Source: Felis catus
Lineage: Eukaryota
NCBI RefSeq assembly: GCF_018350175.1
Contig: NC_058368.1
Coordinates: forward strand, 52,453,815 to 52,517,814
DNA: 64,000 nucleotides
Direction of reading: 5' to 3'
The position numbers and the translations under genes are program-made. This document shows, in pieces, positions 55,180 to 64,000 of the stretch (position 1 is its first letter; each line of letters begins with the position of its first letter). The notes below the pieces were generated by a model, which saw only the letters and a program-made list of their open reading frames with translations, had not been told where the DNA came from and searched no databases.

Positions 55180-55408
55180 CAGGGTTTCTCAGCTTCAGCA
55201 CTGTTGACATTTTGGACCAGATCACAATAATTCTTTGTTGTGGAGGCCATCCTGTGCATCGTGGGATTCTTGACCACTTTCCTGGGGTCTACCCACTAGA
55301 TGCCAGTAATCGCCCCCCCCCCGGACCCCAGACTTGACAGTCACTAATGTCTCCAGACATTGCCAAATGACCTATGGGAACAAAATTGCCCCCAACTGAG
55401 AACTACTA
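55180..55408. mobile_element. MER20 (hAT-Charlie), full length
   Basis: cagggtttctcagcttcagcactgttgacattttgg..ctacccactagatgccagta..aatgtctccagacattgccaaatg..tgagaactacta. 8-bp TSD ttttagac / ctttagac. Confidence 0.92.
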
Positions 55409-56510
55409 CTTTAGACAAGAAAATTTGAGGATGGGCATACGTTATCTGAATAATTGTCTTTACTTCCTCTTACAGATAAGTTTATTTTTCTTATGGAAGA
55501 TGAAAAATGCTACAGACCTGTATCATTTCTTTAACAGAAAAGAAATCAAACATTAATGCATGCTAATGAGACATATTTTTCCAGTAGATAAAGAATAGAC
55601 TGAATAATATGCAAATGCCAATGACTAGTTACTAGCCTCTCTTCATGTTTATAATCAGGTAGTTCTACAGCTGAAACTTAGTGTTTGGGATTTGAAAACA
55701 AAGTAGAAAGAATCCATTCAAAAAGTATAAAAGAGCAGAGAGTTCATTGTGGTGATAGGTTTTGAATAAATTTGATAAATTCAAACATCACAGTTAGGTC
55801 ATTTTATGGATAGAAAGTGTCTAAACGTATCCCTATTATGCTAGGAAAAGGTATGCTGTCTTCACAACATCGTGAATATGAGCGAAATTGCAAATGAGCG
55901 AAAACCGTGGTGTGGTTACCGAAAGACCACCCCAGTGCTGTAAAATCTTCATGGGCTCCTCACATAGCCATGATCTCATTATTCTGTTCCAAAGGAAGAA
56001 CAGGCAGGCTGACAATAAAAAATTTTTTTAAAAAATTTAAAGATTAAACTGTAGTATAATGCAATTTCTGTCATTTGGAGCTAATGAATGCATTTCAGTG
56101 TTGAGTAGCAACCACGGTAGTAACGACCCAAACACCACTGATTTGGAGTAATAAATTTTAGGACATGGCAGACTCATATTAGTATAATAAGCTCAAACAT
56201 TCATTTCGCATTAAGAAAACATATAGCCACCACTAGACCATCAAGATACCTATTTTTTTTCTTCCAGCAGAGCCACTTGGCTTTAAAAAGGAATCCATAG
56301 CACTCATTGTATTTAAGTCTAAACTAACCCTGAAACGCAACTATGGCAAACTGGCTGTCGTCACCATGGCCAAAGGTGCGGCTTGATTATCAAAGCAATT
56401 GTTTATTACTATTGAATATGACGTCGTTATCATCGGTTTAATTTTTTCCCTGTAATTTACTCAAACAATTCATCAAGATCTCCAAATCCGTGTGTTGGCT
56501 GCTTCAAAGA

Positions 56511-56605
56511 ACGCTCGCTTTGGCAGCACATGGGCTAAAATTGGAACAATCTGTAGAGGATTAGCATGGCCCCGAGCAAAGTCATGAAGCATCTCATATT
56601 TTTTT
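56511..56605 (+). pseudogene. U6 snRNA pseudogene with internal deletion
   Basis: gctcgctttggcagcacat..ctaaaattggaacaat..gattagcatggcccc..tgaagcatctcatattttttt aligns to U6. The ACAGAGA box is mutated and ~14 nt are missing. Confidence 0.92.
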
Positions 56606-56649
56606 AAATGCCTTCATAACAGCTAAAATATCTAACATTCACTGAAGTT

Positions 56650-56845
56650 TTAAAATGAGAGTTTACAACGTGCCAAGAGGTATGATAAACTCTTTACATA
56701 TGTCGGTTCTTGTACTTTTTAAAAAAAACCCTATGAGGCGGGTGCCATCATTACCCTGACCTGCAGATGAGGAACCTCTGAGGGAATGCAGCTGGGATTT
56801 GAACAAAACAGACTGTCTCTGGAATTTGCTATCTTAACCGTTAAC
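56650..56845 (-). mobile_element. MIR SINE
   Basis: aaccctatgaggcgggtgccatcattaccctgacctgcagatgaggaacctctgagg..gctgggatttgaac. Confidence 0.75.
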
Positions 56846-56865
56846 CTATATATCTCTAAATGTGT

Positions 56866-57090
56866 TTTATTTTAATTTTTTGAATGTTTATTCATTTTGA
56901 GAGAGAGAGAGAGAGAGAGAGACTGAACACGAGTGGGGGAGGGTTAGAGAGAGAGGGAGACAGAATCCGAAGCAGGCTCCAGGCTCTGAGCTGTCAGCAC
57001 AGAGCCTGACGTGGGACTTGAACTCACGAACTTCCAGACCATGACCGAGCCAAAGCTGGACATTTAACCAACTGAGCCACCCAGGCGCCC
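56866..57090 (-). mobile_element. CAN-SINE A (left parent of duplication)
   Basis: T tail, (GA)n, ends gagccacccaggcgccc. Flanked by aatgtgtt on both sides. Confidence 0.95.
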
Positions 57091-59503
57091 CTCCTAATGT
57101 GTTATATAACAGTAAACATGCATCACCTTATGCTTTTGTTCAATAAGTCTGTAAAATAAAGGGTTACAATGGTTACTTAAGTCATGCCTTTGGTGAACTG
57201 AGGCCCAGAAGGATTGAGGAATCAGCTTAAAATCACGTAACTAGAAAAAATTCAGTCATTTTGCATACAACTCACATTCCTTAATTCAGAGCCAGCCTGC
57301 CCTTCCCCACCATTTGCACCAGCATACGTGTGTGTGATTCTTCCGAATAGCTGTGATGATTTTGCCCCGATCCACACCTGGCCACTCTTTCTCCCTGGAT
57401 CCTGTCTGTGACTGAGAGCACACATTTGTGAGCTACACGCATAAACTGGACCCTTGGCCTTGTCAGCCCCCTGAACCAACAGTCTGCAGAGAAAGTATTC
57501 CAAAACAGGAGACTAAAAAGAATCGTGTAGAAGCATAGTATGCCTTCTTTTTCTGATATTTCTATCTTGGCCGCTAATCACAAATTATAATACAACTCTA
57601 ATTTCAACTAGATTCCTAGGAAACGACTCCAAGCCTTAATACATTGCCATTATTCCACTGCTATCACAGACAGACAAAAAGCCCACAAAGTCTTACAACA
57701 CTGGTAGTGGTCCAGGAATGAATACTAGCAAAGCTGGCCGCATGGGCTCGGCCCACCCCTGTGTGACAAGGAGTCACCACTAAGCTAACGCTTCTTTGCA
57801 TCACACGTGTTGAAAAAACTTATAGGCAAAATTGTATCTCTTTACTGCGGCTCACATTTACCATCAGGCGCACCGATGGATGGATTCATCGCTGAGGGTA
57901 AGGAGGCAGCAGCTTGGAGCACCGTGACTGGAGGGCTGGGGCTACAGCTACTTTTGCCACAAGACGCTTCTCCTTGGGCGTTGTAGATCATTTCCGCACG
58001 AGGAGCTGCCTTGGGTGGTAGGCTAATAGGACTAACGCCAGGGTGGCCGTGACCGTGTGCATGTAAGTAAGTGACTAGAGATGGATTTAGTAATAGAAAC
58101 AATAAGGAGGGCCAATTCAGCCACAAAGGCCAGTTAGAAGAAGAAAAATTATGTTCACCATAATTTGGGGTCTCCAGATAGGCCCGGGTAAAGGAAGCCT
58201 TGTCCTTTGAATGCATGAAAACCAAGCCTTCTGTATCTAGGAGGCCATCCAGAGTAAAGTCACCTTTCTACAGAAATTGAAAATGTTTGTAGCCCTAGGG
58301 AATGAACACAGACCTCTGAATCGAGGAGAGGCAAGAGATTGGAAGAATTGCTTAAATAAGTGAAAAAATGATAAGGAATGTACATCAAGCCTCCTTCTGA
58401 GCAGGGGATGATTGCACTAAACGCTATTTCTGGCTGTTAAGAAAATAGAGCCTAAAATTACAGTCTATAAATAATAAATTTTCACAAAATAAAGAAAGGA
58501 TAGGGAGGACTCTGTACAAGTTGTCTGAGGATGGTACAGATGGAATCCGCTGATCAAAAGGAAATCAGAATCAGAGAATCAGCTATTCTAGAACTATGAA
58601 GGATAGTCAGTGACTGAGATCAATGTTTCTCATTTCAAGTAAAATCTCCCTAATTTGAAACCCAAGGGACCACAACAACAGCTTTTGAATTAACGAAGTT
58701 TCAGTTTATCCTTTTTGTTTGAATTAAAGAACAGCAGAGAAATAGCCTTGAATTACATCTTGTTTTAAATAAGCCAATATTGAAGTAATGAAGTCTTTAC
58801 ATCTTATTTTAACAAGTAATTCAGATTCTCCAAAAGAACTTATGCAACTCCATTTATTCATCCATTTCCTACCTGCTGCCTAGTATGTGCCCAGGTCTTT
58901 GGCTGAGGTCACCTCACATGGTTAGCGGTTTTCATGGGACCAATTCACTTTCTGATAGAATGGGTGGACGTTTAAAGGATGGTGACTCAGTATAGCACTT
59001 GAAGCTGAAAAACATTTCTTTCTTTTTTGGACCTGAACAGCCATTGACCACAGCCATGGGAAAAGAGTTTATTCACAGGAATTAGGAACAGATTTGTGAA
59101 AAGAGTTCTGTGTTTCAGAAAGAAACGAGGTCCATTTCAGGGAACCGGTTATTTTCATTTCCTCACCATAGACTCAGTGTGGTCTGCTAACTGATAGAAG
59201 AGTCTTACCCAAAGTCCGGCTCTTAGACAGAGACGTGAACAGTGATTTTGGCAGATAAACTAAGGTAACTGTAGAGCTTCCTAAGAGAACCACCACTAAA
59301 AATTGCCAAGGCTGGTTCAGACTGCTTACACAGGGTTTAAAGACAGGATCATACTGCCTACAGAATGTCATTTGCAACGTATGTGCATACTTTAATTTTT
59401 TTTATTGTTTTTTTATTATTATTTATTTTTGGGACAGAGGGAGACAGAGCATGAGCAGGGGAGGGGCAGAGAGAGAGAGGGAGACACAGAATCTGAAGCA
59501 GGA
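56978..59503. repeat. Tandem duplication copy 1 (2526 bp)
   Basis: Constant 2526-bp offset to copy 2 at both ends and for three identical ORF pairs (57252/59778, 57842/60368, 59174/61700). Confidence 0.98.
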
Positions 59504-59616
59504 TCCAGGCTCTGAGCTGTCAGCACAGAGCCTGACGTGGGACTTGAACTCACGAACTTCCAGACCATGACCGAGCCAAAGCTGGACATTTAACCAACTG
59601 AGCCACCCAGGCGCCC
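59395..59616 (-). mobile_element. Chimeric CAN-SINE (B tail + A head) at duplication junction
   Basis: Left part matches SINE B (61921-), right part matches SINE A (-57090). The flanks come from two different TSDs. Confidence 0.95.
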
Positions 59617-62029
59617 CTCCTAATGTGTTATATAACAGTAAACATGCATCACCTTATGCTTTTGTTCAATAAGTCTGTAAAATAAAGGGTTACAATGGTT
59701 ACTTAAGTCATGCCTTTGGTGAACTGAGGCCCAGAAGGATTGAGGAATCAGCTTAAAATCACGTAACTAGAAAAAATTCAGTCATTTTGCATACAACTCA
59801 CATTCCTTAATTCAGAGCCAGCCTGCCCTTCCCCACCATTTGCACCAGCATACGTGTGTGTGATTCTTCCGAATAGCTGTGATGATTTTGCCCCGATCCA
59901 CACCTGGCCACTCTTTCTCCCTGGATCCTGTCTGTGACTGAGAGCACACATTTGTGAGCTACACGCATAAACTGGACCCTTGGCCTTGTCAGCCCCCTGA
60001 ACCAACAGTCTGCAGAGAAAGTATTCCAAAACAGGAGACTAAAAAGAATCGTGTAGAAGCATAGTATGCCTTCTTTTTCTGATATTTCTATCTTGGCCGC
60101 TAATCACAAATTATAATACAACTCTAATTTCAACTAGATTCCTAGGAAACGACTCCAAGCCTTAATACATTGCCATTATTCCACTGCTATCACAGACAGA
60201 CAAAAAGCCCACAAAGTCTTACAACACTGGTAGTGGTCCAGGAATGAATACTAGCAAAGCTGGCCGCATGGGCTCGGCCCACCCCTGTGTGACAAGGAGT
60301 CACCACTAAGCTAACGCTTCTTTGCATCACACGTGTTGAAAAAACTTATAGGCAAAATTGTATCTCTTTACTGCGGCTCACATTTACCATCAGGCGCACC
60401 GATGGATGGATTCATCGCTGAGGGTAAGGAGGCAGCAGCTTGGAGCACCGTGACTGGAGGGCTGGGGCTACAGCTACTTTTGCCACAAGACGCTTCTCCT
60501 TGGGCGTTGTAGATCATTTCCGCACGAGGAGCTGCCTTGGGTGGTAGGCTAATAGGACTAACGCCAGGGTGGCCGTGACCGTGTGCATGTAAGTAAGTGA
60601 CTAGAGATGGATTTAGTAATAGAAACAATAAGGAGGGCCAATTCAGCCACAAAGGCCAGTTAGAAGAAGAAAAATTATGTTCACCATAATTTGGGGTCTC
60701 CAGATAGGCCCGGGTAAAGGAAGCCTTGTCCTTTGAATGCATGAAAACCAAGCCTTCTGTATCTAGGAGGCCATCCAGAGTAAAGTCACCTTTCTACAGA
60801 AATTGAAAATGTTTGTAGCCCTAGGGAATGAACACAGACCTCTGAATCGAGGAGAGGCAAGAGATTGGAAGAATTGCTTAAATAAGTGAAAAAATGATAA
60901 GGAATGTACATCAAGCCTCCTTCTGAGCAGGGGATGATTGCACTAAACGCTATTTCTGGCTGTTAAGAAAATAGAGCCTAAAATTACAGTCTATAAATAA
61001 TAAATTTTCACAAAATAAAGAAAGGATAGGGAGGACTCTGTACAAGTTGTCTGAGGATGGTACAGATGGAATCCGCTGATCAAAAGGAAATCAGAATCAG
61101 AGAATCAGCTATTCTAGAACTATGAAGGATAGTCAGTGACTGAGATCAATGTTTCTCATTTCAAGTAAAATCTCCCTAATTTGAAACCCAAGGGACCACA
61201 ACAACAGCTTTTGAATTAACGAAGTTTCAGTTTATCCTTTTTGTTTGAATTAAAGAACAGCAGAGAAATAGCCTTGAATTACATCTTGTTTTAAATAAGC
61301 CAATATTGAAGTAATGAAGTCTTTACATCTTATTTTAACAAGTAATTCAGATTCTCCAAAAGAACTTATGCAACTCCATTTATTCATCCATTTCCTACCT
61401 GCTGCCTAGTATGTGCCCAGGTCTTTGGCTGAGGTCACCTCACATGGTTAGCGGTTTTCATGGGACCAATTCACTTTCTGATAGAATGGGTGGACGTTTA
61501 AAGGATGGTGACTCAGTATAGCACTTGAAGCTGAAAAACATTTCTTTCTTTTTTGGACCTGAACAGCCATTGACCACAGCCATGGGAAAAGAGTTTATTC
61601 ACAGGAATTAGGAACAGATTTGTGAAAAGAGTTCTGTGTTTCAGAAAGAAACGAGGTCCATTTCAGGGAACCGGTTATTTTCATTTCCTCACCATAGACT
61701 CAGTGTGGTCTGCTAACTGATAGAAGAGTCTTACCCAAAGTCCGGCTCTTAGACAGAGACGTGAACAGTGATTTTGGCAGATAAACTAAGGTAACTGTAG
61801 AGCTTCCTAAGAGAACCACCACTAAAAATTGCCAAGGCTGGTTCAGACTGCTTACACAGGGTTTAAAGACAGGATCATACTGCCTACAGAATGTCATTTG
61901 CAACGTATGTGCATACTTTAATTTTTTTTATTGTTTTTTTATTATTATTTATTTTTGGGACAGAGGGAGACAGAGCATGAGCAGGGGAGGGGCAGAGAGA
62001 GAGAGGGAGACACAGAATCTGAAGCAGGA
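59504..62029. repeat. Tandem duplication copy 2 (2526 bp; identity continues to 62058)
   Basis: As copy 1. Confidence 0.98.
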
Positions 62030-62144
62030 TCCAGGCTCTGAGCTGTCAGCACAGAGCCCAACACGGGGTTCGAACTCACAGGCCGTGAGATCATGACCTG
62101 AGCTGAAGTCGAACGCTTAACTGACTGAGCCACCCAGGTGCCCC
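61921..62144 (-). mobile_element. CAN-SINE B (right parent of duplication)
   Basis: Ends gagccacccaggtgcccc. TSD tatgtgcatactttaat / tacgtgcatactttaat. Confidence 0.96.
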
Positions 62145-62249
62145 ATACGTGCATACTTTAATCATCATTCTGGCTTAGGAGTAAAGCATTTGGAGAGTCC
62201 TAAGTGGGTTAATTAGAAGATAAACAATAAAAACCTAGGTATCTCCAAG

Positions 62250-62558
62250 CCCTTTGCAGTCCAATGTGATAGCCACTAGCCCCATGTGGCATTGATCACT
62301 TGAAATGTGGCTACTCTAAAATGATAAAATACACATCAATTTCAAAGACTTAGCATAAAAAAAGAATCTATACTATCTCAATAATTTTTATATTGTTTAC
62401 AGATTGAAGTGATAACATTTTGGATATGTTAGGTTAAATAAACTATTTTATTAAAATTAATTTTACTTGGTACCTTTTACATATTGCTAATGTGGCTACT
62501 AAAAAATTTTAAATTACATGTGGTTCACATACACAGCATTCTATGGGACATGTTACCC
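62250..62558. mobile_element. MER33-like hAT-Charlie element
   Basis: gtccaatgtgatagccactagccccatgtggc..cacttgaaatgtggcta..taatgtggctactaaaaaattttaaattacatgtgg. Confidence 0.85.
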
Positions 62559-63537
62559 TGGAAAATCCATGAAATATATATAGGGCACTGTTTTTTTTCT
62601 ACTCGAAAGGATTCATTTTCTTGTTGCATCCACATTACAACCCAAGGACTTGGCCATTATCATTCTTCTTTTTATAGATGTGAAAACTTAAGGGTTATGA
62701 AGTATGCCCTAAGTCATACAAGTAGTAGTTGGTGGAACTAGTTCTGCCTCACACCCGAATCTATGCTTTGTGTCAACGCTGTTCAAGCATCTGTCTTTAA
62801 TATTCTTCTGGAGTGATCTTTTAATGAGACATGTGTGAGATGTGCCTAGGACCACTGAACAGAACTGAAACACACAATTTGTTAAACATACTTGAAACAA
62901 GTACAAACAGCACACTGGGTAGCCAGAGTGGTATGCCAGTGTTTTCTGCAAATTGTTCCTCATAGGTATTAAGGATGGACAGGAGTGGATGGAAACGTGA
63001 CAAAGTAAGACAGTAAGACAGAAAGTAAGACAACTCTGTGTCCAGGCATTCCAGGCATTCCCCCTGGTTACTTCATTTATTCCTCAAAGCAACTCTTAGA
63101 GATAGGATAGCCTCGGAGTGGTTAAGGGATTTGCTTAGTATCTCAAGGCTAGCTGGTCAGTAACAAAGCCAAGACAGAACTCATTTCTGATTTCTTTCCC
63201 TAGACCACAATGCTTTGGGTCCTCCTTTTGATCCATGCCCAACTTTCGGGCAGCTTGTCTACACACTGTGTTACCAGCTACTCTGTTTCCATAACACATT
63301 GTAGTCCGTGACCCAAATTGACCGAGGGTAGGGTCTGCCTGAGAGAGAGAGAGAGGACACAGCCACAGCTTTCCTCAGAATGGGGCAAGATACAAGCATT
63401 AAATTTCCCTTGCCAACACCTGTGGTGTTTAGAGTTGGAAGAAAATAATAAATCTTGATGGAACACGAAGATGTGAAACAAGGTAAATAGCTCACAATGG
63501 AATTTAAGTTTCAGGGACGAGCTTGAAAATAAGAGCT

Positions 63538-63764
63538 GGGGCGCCTGGGTGGCGCAGTCGGTTAAGCGTCCGACTTCAGCCAGGTCACGATCTCACTGTC
63601 CGTGAGTTCGAGCCCCGCGTCGGGCTCTGGGCTGATGGCTCAGAGCCTGGAGCCTGTTTCCAATTCTGTGTTTCCCTCTCTCTCTGCCCCTCCCCCGTTC
63701 ATGCTCTGTCTCTCTCTGTCCCAAAAATAAATAAAAAACGTTGAAAAAAAATTAAAAAAAAAAA
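63538..63764 (+). mobile_element. Young felid CAN-SINE (SINEC_Fc-like)
   Basis: ggggcgcctgggtggcgcagtcggttaagcgtccgacttcagccaggtcacgatctc with CpGs intact and a long A tail. Perfect TSD gaaaataagagct. Confidence 0.97.
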
Positions 63765-64000
63765 GAAAATAAGAGCTAAGATGTAAGGTCAAAATAGAAG
63801 AAATCAGAGGAGACAATGATATCTAGAAGTGGAGGCCTGAGAAATTCTTCAGGCAGTGGGCAGAAATCTGGTACCATATTTAATGAGGTTCCCCGGCTGA
63901 CCTGAATGGACGTTCAGGATACACCTAATGAAAGGTGGGTCTAAAATGAAATGGACATTGGTTCATGCTGATCCATACCATCTGTGATGGGCCAATCAGT

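Noticed and set aside
57252..61903. Three pairs of identical ORFs
   Set aside because: Chance ORFs copied by the tandem duplication, with no recognisable protein.
1..64000. CRISPR arrays, prokaryotic operons, true tRNA or rRNA genes
   Set aside because: Eukaryotic repeat-rich DNA with no repeat-spacer arrays. The tRNA-like A/B boxes belong to CAN-SINE heads.

Overview
Non-coding mammalian DNA, almost certainly felid, judged from the feliform CAN-SINEs (SINEC_Fc-like) and an L1_Fc-like 3' end. I find no credible protein-coding gene. The ORF track consists of chance ORFs, repeat-derived ORFs and duplicated ORFs. The window is a mosaic of ancient repeats (MIR, L2, L3/CR1, L1M, MaLR LTRs, MER DNA transposons), young carnivore SINE/L1 insertions and a U6 snRNA pseudogene, with a few repeat-poor stretches that look like intronic or gene-desert regulatory DNA. 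The strongest signals are structural. (1) An apparently identical 2526-bp tandem duplication (56978-62058) is joined inside a chimeric CAN-SINE at 29 bp of shared identity, the footprint expected from SINE-SINE unequal recombination. (2) A ~211-bp, ~91% identical inverted duplication of sequence I cannot assign to a known repeat flanks a 787-bp spacer (12331-13539). (3) Two L1 insertions have 5'-inverted (twin-priming-like) structure. I did not find a new gene system. Repeat family names come from my recall of consensus sequences, not from a search, and boundaries of old repeats are approximate.
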